Positions 10,889-19,931 are shown, numbered from the stretch's first letter. The stretch is DNA of 64,000 bases from Patescibacteria group bacterium (GCA_041662565.1 JBAZSE010000001.1:1084-65083); one strand, 5' to 3'. The notes: a model not told the origin generated them from the sequence alone. Translations and numbers: made by a program.

Positions 10889-13288
10889 ATGATAAAACAC
10901 ATCAGGGTCTTGGTTATTTTAGCAACATTTGGACTGGCTTGGGGCATTGCCCATCAGGCCTCGGCGGCCTTTTTGGGCTATGATTTTTCTTATCAAGCCA
11001 TTGTAAAAATTTATACCTATTATCAGGATAGCAATTATAATTTGGTGGCGGCAAAAACCGGTTCAGGAGTTATTATCAGCGAAAAAGGATTGATTTTAAC
11101 CAATGAACATGTGGTTAGCATAAAAGATTCCATGGATAACGATGTGCCGGTAACTTTTAAAGTATGCTTTACCGAAAATTTCACCAAAGAACCAATTTGT
11201 TCATATTATGCGGATTTAATCGCCAAAGATGACAAAAAGGATATTGCATTATTGCAGATGAAAAATTTAAGTTTTTTAAATCCGTCAGATTTGAGTTATA
11301 TGCCTTTTGCGCCGGATTATTCTTTTAATGACAATGATTCCGTTGTTTCTTTGGGGTATCCTTCTTCCGGCGGCGAAACCATAACAGTTTCTAAGGGATC
11401 CGTTATTGGCACTCTTGAAAAATATAATTTATCATGGATAAAAACCGATGCCTTTGTTTCCTATGGCTCATCGGGCGGAGCTTTAATTGATACGCAAGGC
11501 AGATTTTTGGGCATTACCAGCGCCATTAATGGAGATGTTGGCTATGTTATTAATGTTTCTTCAATCAGGGATTGGGTTGGTCAAAACGGCGCTAAAAGTC
11601 CGCAAACTTCCAATTTAAAACAAAGAATGGTTGATTTAATAAATAGACAGAATAAGTTAAAAGATAATCTGGATTTTAATAATAATTTGCCAAAAATCCA
11701 ATTAATCAGGTCCGAAAATTGGAAATTTAACTTTGACAGCGAAAATATTATTACGGCATATAATAATGAAAACGTTGATGGCGGATACATTAGAGTTCGT
11801 TGGGAGCCAACCGAAATTTTGATTGATGATAATGCCTTGTCCTCGGTCATGAAATTTTTAGCCATCCAAAATAATTGTTTTTCTTCTGGCAATATGACTA
11901 TTTCCGGTAAGCAGGGCAGAAAAGTTATTTGCCCCATTGAAGGCAATCAAGAAATTCAACAAGTGATATTAGGCCTTAAAAATTATTTTGTCTTTGTGTC
12001 TTATTATTACGGCAAAGATAAGATTGATAAGCAACCCATTGATTTTGCTATCGGCAGGTTACTTTTATCCGAAGAAGGGTTGAATCATGTTGAAATTAAA
12101 AATTATGAACAACAAAATCCCTTTTTTAAAGTTAGCATGTCAAACGACTGGTCTTTAAAAATAAAAAATAGCACAGCTGAACCCTTAAGTGCCACTAAAA
12201 AAACCGATCCCAATCAGTCATTTGGGGTATATGTGGGCAAATTAACAGATGGCCAGATTAATATAACCAATCAGGAATATTTTGATTATATTAGAGATGG
12301 AGATGTGGTAAAGAATCAAATTGAGTCGGCAACTGGCTTAAAAGGAACAAGATATTTTGAATCAACAGATTATAAAGCTAATGATGAGCTGGCGCATGTC
12401 ATTTTTTACAAGTATAAGTTTAAAGATGAAGATGATGGCGATAAGATAAAGTATTATTCCGCTGGTTACAGAATCAGAAGTAATAATAAAGTGATTATTC
12501 TAGAATTTGATTTTATGGGTGAAAGTGAAGCCCAATTTGATCAATATTTAAAAGATTTTCAGGATAATGTTTTGGTTAATTTTACCTTGGGTTTGCCGGT
12601 TGAAAAAAAGGCGGAAACAGTAAAAATTGAATCTAAAATTGAGCCCAGCCAAGATACTTCAGTAAAAACTGAACCAAAAACCGATAAAATTTCTTCTACG
12701 CCAAAAAATATTGTTCAATCTGTTGCTTCCCAAGTTAAAACCATTAAAAATTTAGGCAAAAGGTTTATCGGTAAAATTTTACTGCGAGTGCAAAATAACG
12801 GCGAGGCCTGGTATTTAAGCCCCAAAACCAACCAAGCCCATTATTTGGCTAACGGGGAAGCGGCTTATCAATTAATGAGAGAGCAAGGCATGGGCATGTC
12901 TACTAAGGATTTAGCCAAGATTCCGGTTGGCTTAAGCCAGCTTTCAGGCGATGATGCCGATCAAGACGGCTTAACAGATGCTTTAGAAACTGCTATTGGA
13001 ACAGATAAGGATAAAGCCGATACTGATGGTGATGGTTTTAATGATAAGGATGAAATGCTAAAGGGTTATAATCCATCGCAAAAGGGTATGGCGCGCAGTA
13101 TTTATAATTTGGCTTTTGCCAATAAGTTTAAGGGCAAAATTTTGCTTCAGGTAGAATCGCGCGGCCAGGCCTGGTATGTTAATCCTAAAGACGGCAAACG
13201 TTACTTTTTGGGCACGGCCGATGATGCCTATCAGGTAATGAAACAACAAAGCATGGGTATAGCGGAAAAGGATTTTGTAAAATTGTAA
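10889..13288 (+). CDS. Secreted trypsin-like (S1/DegP-type) serine protease (799 aa). A long C-terminal extension carries a TSP3-like Ca-binding acidic motif and two ~55-aa tandem repeats.
   Basis: It has a signal peptide. The catalytic motifs are 'LTNEHVV' (His), 'DIALLQM' (Asp) and 'GSSGGALID' (Ser). The C-terminus has 'DADQDGLTDALETAIGTDKDKADTDGDGFNDKDE'. It also has the repeats 'GKILLRVQNNGEAWYLSPK...' and 'GKILLQVESRGQAWYVNPK...'. Confidence 0.7.
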   Translation: MIKHIRVLVILATFGLAWGIAHQASAAFLGYDFSYQAIVKIYTYYQDSNYNLVAAKTGSGVIISEKGLILTNEHVVSIKDSMDNDVPVTFKVCFTENFTKEPICSYYADLIAKDDKKDIALLQMKNLSFLNPSDLSYMPFAPDYSFNDNDSVVSLGYPSSGGETITVSKGSVIGTLEKYNLSWIKTDAFVSYGSSGGALIDTQGRFLGITSAINGDVGYVINVSSIRDWVGQNGAKSPQTSNLKQRMVDLINRQNKLKDNLDFNNNLPKIQLIRSENWKFNFDSENIITAYNNENVDGGYIRVRWEPTEILIDDNALSSVMKFLAIQNNCFSSGNMTISGKQGRKVICPIEGNQEIQQVILGLKNYFVFVSYYYGKDKIDKQPIDFAIGRLLLSEEGLNHVEIKNYEQQNPFFKVSMSNDWSLKIKNSTAEPLSATKKTDPNQSFGVYVGKLTDGQINITNQEYFDYIRDGDVVKNQIESATGLKGTRYFESTDYKANDELAHVIFYKYKFKDEDDGDKIKYYSAGYRIRSNNKVIILEFDFMGESEAQFDQYLKDFQDNVLVNFTLGLPVEKKAETVKIESKIEPSQDTSVKTEPKTDKISSTPKNIVQSVASQVKTIKNLGKRFIGKILLRVQNNGEAWYLSPKTNQAHYLANGEAAYQLMREQGMGMSTKDLAKIPVGLSQLSGDDADQDGLTDALETAIGTDKDKADTDGDGFNDKDEMLKGYNPSQKGMARSIYNLAFANKFKGKILLQVESRGQAWYVNPKDGKRYFLGTADDAYQVMKQQSMGIAEKDFVKL

Positions 13289-13420
13289 TTTCCAACTTGC
13301 CAAATTAAAGTAATTTAAGAATTTAAAACCCGCATAAACCGATGACTATGCGGGGCAAGCAGGGTCAATTGCCGGTTAATAACCGGTTTGGCTCTGTTTT
13401 TGTTAAAAAAATAAATCAAG

Positions 13421-13447
13421 TTTGAGGTCACAATTTGTGACCTCAAA
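13421..13447. promoter_or_regulatory. Perfect 27-bp palindrome tttgaggtcacaa-t-ttgtgacctcaaa, 19 nt upstream of the ORF6N gene start. It is a candidate operator.
   Basis: The 13-bp arms are perfectly complementary. It follows a hairpin plus T-run terminator (13340-13395). Confidence 0.5.
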
Positions 13448-13465
13448 TTACGTAAATATTAAATA

Positions 13466-13987
13466 ATGACTAAATTAATAAAGCAACATATCCCGGGTGA
13501 AAGGATTATTAATAGGATTTTTTTGATTCGTGGAAAAAAAGTTATGTTTGATCGTGATTTGGCCGAGCTTTATGGTGTGGAGACCAGATCTTTGAATCAA
13601 GCGGTGAGCAGAAATAAAGCGCGTTTTCCAGAAGATTTTATGTTTCAATTAGCAGATCAAGAAATGCAAAATTGGATATCACAAATTGTGATGTCCAATC
13701 GTGAAAAGATGGGTATAAGACGAAAACCTTATCTTTTCACTGAGCAAGGTGTAGCTATGCTTTCATCGGTTTTAAAAAGCCCAAGAGCCGTTCAAGTTAA
13801 CATTGCTATCATGAGAACCTTTGTAAAATTAAGAGAGATTTTATTAACCCATAAAGAATTAAGGGAAAAGATTGAAAAAATGGAAAAGAAATATGATGAA
13901 AAATTCAAATTAGTGTTTGAAGTAATTAAGAAATTAATTACTGAGGAAGAAAAGCCAAGTAATCCCATTGGTTTCAGGGTCAATTGA
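13466..13987 (+). CDS. ORF6N-domain protein (KilA-N/antirepressor-like DNA-binding domain) with a C-terminal coiled coil.
   Basis: The N-terminus 'IRGKKVMFDRDLAELYGVETRSLNQAVSRNKARFPEDFMFQL' is the characteristic ORF6N signature. Confidence 0.7.
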   Translation: MTKLIKQHIPGERIINRIFLIRGKKVMFDRDLAELYGVETRSLNQAVSRNKARFPEDFMFQLADQEMQNWISQIVMSNREKMGIRRKPYLFTEQGVAMLSSVLKSPRAVQVNIAIMRTFVKLREILLTHKELREKIEKMEKKYDEKFKLVFEVIKKLITEEEKPSNPIGFRVN

Positions 13988-14005
13988 TCATTAACCAAAA
14001 ATCCC

Positions 14006-14947
14006 ATGCGAAAAGCGATTTGTCTTGAAGTTTTGCAACGCAAATACTTCAGGATCACTCTTTTGTTCGTTGTTTGTTTATTAATTCCCCGAGCAGTTGG
14101 CGCCTACAACACCAACCAGCGTTTTACCGGTAAACCCTTGGATCCGGTAAGTAATTTATATTATTTTAACCAGCGCCATTATAATGCCGAAATTGGCAAA
14201 TTTATTCAGCCGGATCCTTTAAGGAATTTTTTAGTTACGCCTGATTTAACCAAACGAACAGGGTTAAAATTGGAAGATGTTTTAAGCAACCCTCAAAGGT
14301 TAAATGAATACAGCTATTCTTTAAATAATCCGGTTAATGTTATTGACCCAACCGGAGAGTCGCCGGTGGTTTCCAAAAACAGGCAAGAGCGTTTTGATAA
14401 AATTAGCGATTATATAAGAAATAATGAAAATTATTGGCTAGTGAGAGATAGAGATGGTAATGCTAGCGCTTTGGATTTGATCTGGCAAAAATCATTGGAT
14501 CTTTCCAAAAATGATAAAGGTGTGGCAAATCTCAATCGGGCATTAGATACCTTTTTTGATGCCGTTAATATTAATTGGCGGGATGATAAAACTCTGGATA
14601 AAAGTCGGGAGGATTATTTAAGCCGTCTTAATAATTTACCTAATGCTTTAATTGGTGAATATGGGGGCAATTTATCCATGGTTGATAAGCTGCAGCATTT
14701 TGCCGGCGCGGCACGGCTAAGCCAAAAATTAGGCGGCAGAATAGCTATGATGTTGGGCCGTCTTAAAGAAATTCATGATGGCTTTAGAGCTTTGTTTAAC
14801 CACAGTCAGGGCGGTTATTTTCAGCTTAAACAAAGAGATGAGGGCTATAGCCGAGGCGATATGGCAGCTAATCAATTAGGCGTTTTTTGGCTAAATGAAT
14901 TTAAAACAGGCCAGATTGGCCCCAGTATTGTTATTAATAATTGGTAA
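14006..14947 (+). CDS. Second orphan Rhs C-terminal cassette. An Rhs core end ('QRFTGKPLDPVSNLYYFNQRHYNAEIGKFIQPDP...NPQRLNEYSYSLNNPVNVIDPTGE') is followed by a distinct ~200-aa toxin domain.
   Basis: It has the same core-end motif as the main gene and the first orphan. There is no nucleotide repeat with the main gene, so it is an older displacement. Confidence 0.7.
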   Translation: MRKAICLEVLQRKYFRITLLFVVCLLIPRAVGAYNTNQRFTGKPLDPVSNLYYFNQRHYNAEIGKFIQPDPLRNFLVTPDLTKRTGLKLEDVLSNPQRLNEYSYSLNNPVNVIDPTGESPVVSKNRQERFDKISDYIRNNENYWLVRDRDGNASALDLIWQKSLDLSKNDKGVANLNRALDTFFDAVNINWRDDKTLDKSREDYLSRLNNLPNALIGEYGGNLSMVDKLQHFAGAARLSQKLGGRIAMMLGRLKEIHDGFRALFNHSQGGYFQLKQRDEGYSRGDMAANQLGVFWLNEFKTGQIGPSIVINNW

Positions 14948-15417
14948 TAAAAACTATGAGCAAATATAAATTCCACGATCATCGTTCTTTAAAAAGGTCT
15001 CAGGCCAGGGTTAGGCCTTACCAGTCGTTGACGCCAATGATATCCCACGGTTTATTTTGGTTTGTTAATACAGCCAGTTCGGTTTTATTATTGCTGATTA
15101 TAATTGGTTTGGCCATTTGGACAGTTATGAACCATCAAGCCAAACAGGAAGATGTTGCGGTGCAAAAAGCCATAACCATAGTCAGAGAGAAAGTTCAATT
15201 TGAGTTAACCGATGTTTTGGTCGGCTGTACGCAACCAAATAGCAATACTGTTATTGTTTCGGTTAATCATGAAATATTTTTAGGAGTAACAGCGGAAAAA
15301 GTTTACATTCCTCGTTTAACCGATTGGTATAATGAGCAGGCCAAAAAATTGGCGCCAGAATTGCCAATTGAAGATCATGACGAGAATCTTTATTACTTAA
15401 TGGAGTATTGTCGATAA
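14941..15417 (+). CDS. Candidate immunity protein for the second orphan cassette (158 aa, one TM helix).
   Basis: It overlaps the orphan stop by 7 nt. It has the TM segment 'LFWFVNTASSVLLLLIIIGLAIW'. Confidence 0.35.
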   Translation: MVIKTMSKYKFHDHRSLKRSQARVRPYQSLTPMISHGLFWFVNTASSVLLLLIIIGLAIWTVMNHQAKQEDVAVQKAITIVREKVQFELTDVLVGCTQPNSNTVIVSVNHEIFLGVTAEKVYIPRLTDWYNEQAKKLAPELPIEDHDENLYYLMEYCR

Positions 15418-15438
15418 CTTGATTTAATCATTCCTAAT

Positions 15439-17934
15439 ATGAAAAAAATTCTTTATGGGTTTATAATTTTGATTTTAGTGTTGATTATTATTCTAATGGC
15501 TAAAAATTATCTGTTCATTATTACTCATGCCCAAGAACTGCCCCAAATAATTTTTACCGAAATTATGTATAATCCTCAAGGTACCGATACCGGACACGAG
15601 TGGGCGGAAATTTTAAACGTCAGCACTTCTACCTCTTATGTTATTGATGGCCAGTGGCGTTTTAGCGATGGCAGTAATCATTTATTAACGGTAACGCAGG
15701 GCAATAACACTTTAGGCACTGGCCAGCTGGCCGTGTTAGCTGATAATCCCAGCTTGTTTTTACAGGATCATCCTGACTATCAAGGTGTTTTAATTGATAC
15801 GGTAATGTCTTTAAATAACGCCGGCGATATTTTAATGTTATCGGTTGATTCCGGCCAGGTTTTGTTTGCCACCACTACCTATCAAGTTGATTGGGGCGCC
15901 AATGGCGATAGTTATACTTTAGAGAGATTGGATTTAACAAATGCTTGGCAATCATCATTAGTCATTGGCGGTACGCCGGGAGCTGTTAATTCCCATAATT
16001 CTCCGATAGAGTCAGAAAATATTGCCACAACCACGCCAGTTCAAGTGGAAGAAAATATTCAAGCGACTTCAACGCCTGCTGTTGAAGAAACTAATTTTGC
16101 CACTTCCAGTTTACAAGATTTTAGCGCGGCTACAACAACTGTTGATATAAATGAGAATATTTCAACAACCACTTCCGTTGATTTGAGCGAAGAAAATGTG
16201 GTCAATGAACAGCAAAATAATCTAGCCAACTCTGCCGATCAAATCATTATTAATGAAATATTACCTAATCCTAACGGCTCAGATACAAATGATGAATTTA
16301 TTGAATTATATAATCGCGGCAATCAGCCGGTTAATTTGGCAAATTGGAAATTGCAAGACAGTTCAACAAAACAATTTGCCATAACTTCCGCCAAATACCA
16401 ATCAACTATTATTCCAGCTTTCGGCTATTTTGTGGTTTATAGCAAAGAATCGGGCATTGCTCTTAATAATGACGGCGATCAAGTAAGATTATATCAATCA
16501 GATGGAATATTATTGGAAAGCATGGCCTATTTTGAAGAAGCTAAAAGCAATTGGGCTTACGCCAAAGACGGCGGAAGTTTTGTGTGGACGTTAGAACCGA
16601 CTCCGGGTAACAGTAACTCAATTAAAACCCAAGTAATTGCGCCTCAATCATCTTCCACGGTTGTTTATGTTAATCAGCCGACTAATCAGGTTCCCGGAAT
16701 TTTAAACACAGACGCAAACATCGCCATTGGGCTAGTAATTGATAAAGCAAAGTATCAGGGCTTAAGGATTAATGAATTTTTACCCAATCCTCAAGGTGCG
16801 GACGCGCTGGAATGGACGGAGTTATATAATGATTCAAATAATGACTTGGCTTTAGGCGGTTTTAAATTGGATGATGAAGAAGGCGGTAGCCGGCCTTATA
16901 TATTCCTCGCCAGCACAACCTTGGCCGCTAAGGATTATTTAGTAATCAATAAAGTTGTTTCTAAAATTTCTCTCAATAATGATGCGGACAGTGTTCGTTT
17001 ATCTTGGCCGGATAATCAAATTATGCAAGAAGTTAGTTATGAAAAATCCCAAGAAGGCCAATCATATAATTATAGTGAACTGGATGATGAATGGTTTTGG
17101 TCGGCCAGTATTACGCCGGGCGCTTTGAATTTTAAACCGGAAGTTAGCCAAGCCGAAGAAGTTAATAAAATAAACAATCAAATTGATATTGAAGAAAAAA
17201 ATTATGTTGAATTAAATGAGATTCAAAGTTTATCTAAAGGCGAGTTGGTTACAATTAAGGGTGTGGTTATTGCCGAACTTGGCCAGGTCTATAAAAAATC
17301 TTTTTATCTTGCCGTCTTTGATGAAGCGGATAAAAAAGTTTTTTCCGAACAAGCCGTGGAAATTTATTTGGGCAGTGCGCCCTTGCAACAAATTCATATC
17401 GGCGATGTTGTGGAATTGTCAGGAAAAATATCCATCACCAAGGATCGGGCGAGAATTAATTTAAGCAAAGATAGCCAAGTTTTGGTTTTAGATCATCTGA
17501 AGGATATTCAACCGAGTGTCATAAATATTCAGGATCTACAAGATGATTTGTTGGGTGCTTTAATCCAAATTAACGGACAATTGATAAAAAAACAATCAGG
17601 CAGGCTGATTGTAGCCGATGATAATGGTGAAATTAGAGTTGATGTAAAAGAGGGAGTTAAAGAAGCGGCAGTGAATTTTAAAGAAGGTGATTATGTTTCT
17701 ATAACTGGTATTTTAGTTTTAGGCACCGATGGTTATCGTCTGTTTCCTCGGACTGTTAATGATGTTGTAACATTTCAAGTTTTAGGCGCAAGTGAGACAA
17801 CGCCAACCATTACCCCGCAAATTATTCAAGCAACTTCGGCTAAAACAAACAAAATGCAATATTTATTTTTTAGCGGTAGCGGTTTGTTGGCCATTATCGG
17901 TAGTATTTTGGTTAAGTTAAAATTTTTTAGTTGA
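15439..17934 (+). CDS. Lamin-tail-domain (LTD) surface protein (831 aa). It has an N-terminal signal/TM, three LTD domains, an OB-fold-like region and a C-terminal hydrophobic anchor.
   Basis: LTD signatures occur three times ('IIFTEIMYNPQGTDTGHEWAEILN', 'IIINEILPNPNGSDTNDEFIELYNRGNQPVNL', 'LRINEFLPNPQGADALEWTELYND'). The C-terminus is 'LFFSGSGLLAIIGSILVKL'. Confidence 0.7.
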   Translation: MKKILYGFIILILVLIIILMAKNYLFIITHAQELPQIIFTEIMYNPQGTDTGHEWAEILNVSTSTSYVIDGQWRFSDGSNHLLTVTQGNNTLGTGQLAVLADNPSLFLQDHPDYQGVLIDTVMSLNNAGDILMLSVDSGQVLFATTTYQVDWGANGDSYTLERLDLTNAWQSSLVIGGTPGAVNSHNSPIESENIATTTPVQVEENIQATSTPAVEETNFATSSLQDFSAATTTVDINENISTTTSVDLSEENVVNEQQNNLANSADQIIINEILPNPNGSDTNDEFIELYNRGNQPVNLANWKLQDSSTKQFAITSAKYQSTIIPAFGYFVVYSKESGIALNNDGDQVRLYQSDGILLESMAYFEEAKSNWAYAKDGGSFVWTLEPTPGNSNSIKTQVIAPQSSSTVVYVNQPTNQVPGILNTDANIAIGLVIDKAKYQGLRINEFLPNPQGADALEWTELYNDSNNDLALGGFKLDDEEGGSRPYIFLASTTLAAKDYLVINKVVSKISLNNDADSVRLSWPDNQIMQEVSYEKSQEGQSYNYSELDDEWFWSASITPGALNFKPEVSQAEEVNKINNQIDIEEKNYVELNEIQSLSKGELVTIKGVVIAELGQVYKKSFYLAVFDEADKKVFSEQAVEIYLGSAPLQQIHIGDVVELSGKISITKDRARINLSKDSQVLVLDHLKDIQPSVINIQDLQDDLLGALIQINGQLIKKQSGRLIVADDNGEIRVDVKEGVKEAAVNFKEGDYVSITGILVLGTDGYRLFPRTVNDVVTFQVLGASETTPTITPQIIQATSAKTNKMQYLFFSGSGLLAIIGSILVKLKFFS

Positions 17935-18293
17935 ATATCTCATTTAAAACCGAGATCCCTCGCCAGCTAAAGCTGTCTCGGGATACGGTTTATAGTATAT
18001 TTTTTATTTTTAGTATTTCTAAACCTATTGGTTTAGAAAATAAACCGTAATTAAATCACCCCCCGAGACCTATTTTAAGGGTTCCAGAGGGTGACTATAA
18101 AAAGGGATGGCACTTGCGCCCCAGGATCCTCGGCACGAGGATTATTGAAACTGAAGCACGTACCAAATGTATAGTAATTAATATCTTATCCACTGTCAAT
18201 CATCAAGTTGTGCACAAGTGAAGTAAACACTGCGCGTTACTTCACTTCAAGCGAATAAATTAAGATAAAACGGTTAAAACTTTTAAAAAAGGA

Positions 18294-18322
18294 TTGACCT
18301 TTTTGTTAAATTTACATATATT
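18294..18322 (+). promoter_or_regulatory. Sigma70-like promoter (TTGACC, 17-nt spacer, TATATT) for tRNA-Leu.
   Basis: Near-consensus -35/-10 hexamers with correct spacing lie ~10 nt before the tRNA 5' end. Confidence 0.5.
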
Positions 18323-18331
18323 TAAGCAAAT

Positions 18332-18417
18332 GCCGGGGTGGTGAAATGGTATACACGTCAGGTTTAGGACCTGATGGGAGTAATCCCGTGGAGGTTCAAG
18401 TCCTCTCCTCGGCACCA
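18332..18417 (+). tRNA. tRNA-Leu (anticodon TAG), class II with a long variable arm, CCA encoded.
   Basis: The acceptor stem gccgggg/cctcggc is manually folded. The anticodon stem is tcagg/cctga with loop tttagga. The T-arm is gaggttcaagtcctc. Confidence 0.8.
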
Positions 18418-18503
18418 TTCGACTCGTCGAGCTTAGCTCGACTCGCTCATGATCTACGCTCGTTGCACTCGCTTCGACCGATTACTTTGGCATGAGTCGA
18501 ATG

Positions 18504-18537
18504 GTGCCTTGAGCAAAGCCGAAAGGCACAGCTTTTT
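18504..18537 (+). terminator. Rho-independent terminator (gtgcctt...aaggcac plus agcttttt).
   Basis: A 7-bp stem is followed by a T-run. It ends 1 nt before the next start codon. Confidence 0.5.
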
Positions 18538-19068
18538 ATGAAAATCATCATGGTCATGGTTAGCTCGGTTAACGGCAGGATTACCAAAGGAAATAATCCC
18601 GATGTTTATTCCTGGTCATCAAAAGAAGATAAGAATTTTTTCTTGCCCTTGGTTAAAAAACACAATTTGATTATCATGGGCTCTAAAACCTACGAAGCCG
18701 TTCGGCAGAATTTGGATCTTGACCAAAAAAAATTAAGAGTGGTGTTAACTAAAAATCCTAAAAAATATTTTGCTCATGCAATTGCCGGCAAACTGTAATT
18801 TACCAATCAAACACCCAAAACTTTGGCCAACCGTTTGCGCCAACAGGGGCATAAGAGTATGCTGTTGTTAGGCGGTGGCGTAATCAATTCAATTTTTTTA
18901 AAAAATAAATTGGTTGATGAATTACAGTTGGTAGTTGATCCGTTGATATTCGGCCAAGGCCGACTATTGATTGCCGAGGAAAATTTTAATTCAACTTTAA
19001 AATTGATTAGTCACAAAATTTTAAACAGCCAAGGAACTTTACTGCTAAAATATAAAATAAAAAAATAA
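18538..19068 (+). pseudogene. Dihydrofolate-reductase-family (RibD C-terminal domain) gene interrupted by an in-frame TAA at 18796-18798. The two halves (86 aa and 81 aa) are in the same frame.
   Basis: Half 1 reads 'MKIIMVMVSSVNGRITKGNNP...IIMGSKTYEAV'. Half 2 reads 'MLLLGGGVINSIFLKNKLVDELQLVVDPLIFGQGRLL'. Together they cover one DHFR/RibD_C fold. Confidence 0.55.
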
Positions 19069-19072
19069 AATT

Positions 19073-19858
19073 ATGCAACCCAAAGAATTTGCTATAGATA
19101 TTGCCCATCAGGCCGGAAAAATAATCCGGTCTAATTTTACTTTGGGCATGAAAAAACAATGGAAGGCCGATGGCACACCTTTAACCGAATCGGATACGGC
19201 TATTAATCAGCTGGTTGTTGAAGGAGTTAAAAAATATTTTCCTGATCATGGTTTGATTGCCGAAGAAGGCGGAAATTTTAATGAAACCGCCGAATATGTT
19301 TGGTTGTGCGATCCCATTGACGGCACCATTCCCTTTTCTCATGGCTTGCCCACCTGCGTCTTTTCTTTGGCTTTGGTTAAAAATGGCGAACCAATTTTAG
19401 GCGTAATTTATGATTCCTTTATTGATCGTTTGTTTTTTGCCGAAAAAAATAAAGGCACCACTATGAACAACCAAAAAGTCAAAGTTTCCGAGCATGCCAG
19501 CGTTAACCAGGGTTTGGTTGGATTAAACTCTTGGCCTTCGGCTATGTATGATTTTGTTACTTTATTTAAAACAATTTCCGATCAGGGGGCTAAAGTAATC
19601 AATTGCGGTTCTATTGTTTATCCGGGCATGCTGGTGGCGAGCGGCGATGTAATTGCTAATGTGTGGCCGGGCAGCACTCCTTGGGATATTGCCGCTTTAA
19701 AAGTTATTGTAGAGGAGGCCGGTGGCAAGGTCACTGATATTTTTGGCAACGAACAAAAATACAATGGCCCAATTAAAGGCGCTTTAATTACCAATGGTTT
19801 ATTACACGAGCCAATGCTGGCTTTATTGAAATCAGCTAATTTGATCGATAAAAGTTGA
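19073..19858 (+). CDS. Inositol-monophosphatase family protein (SuhB/ImpA-like).
   Basis: It has 'WLCDPIDGTIPFSHGLP' and 'WDIAALKVIVEEAGGKVTD'. Confidence 0.8.
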   Translation: MQPKEFAIDIAHQAGKIIRSNFTLGMKKQWKADGTPLTESDTAINQLVVEGVKKYFPDHGLIAEEGGNFNETAEYVWLCDPIDGTIPFSHGLPTCVFSLALVKNGEPILGVIYDSFIDRLFFAEKNKGTTMNNQKVKVSEHASVNQGLVGLNSWPSAMYDFVTLFKTISDQGAKVINCGSIVYPGMLVASGDVIANVWPGSTPWDIAALKVIVEEAGGKVTDIFGNEQKYNGPIKGALITNGLLHEPMLALLKSANLIDKS

Positions 19859-19902
19859 TTTTTTAACTTAGAAATCCTTTTAAAAGCGTTTAAAATTAGG
19901 AT

Positions 19903-19931
19903 TTGACAAGATATTTCAAATCATATATAAT
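19903..19931 (+). promoter_or_regulatory. Consensus sigma70 promoter (TTGACA, 17-nt spacer, TATAAT). It is probably the 23S-5S rRNA operon promoter. A DnaA-box 9-mer TTATCCACA lies at 19969-19977.
   Basis: The hexamers and spacing are exact. It lies ~400 nt upstream of the 23S 5' end. Confidence 0.55.

Noticed and set aside
17935-18290. Possible sRNA, SRP RNA or RNase P RNA in the 400-nt gap before tRNA-Leu, and likewise at 57785-58482.
   Set aside because: No conserved SRP (GGAAGCAGCC-type), RNase P (GGAAAGUCCGGGCUCC, GUAAGAGCGCACC) or tmRNA tRNA-like blocks could be found by eye. Only isolated hairpins are present.
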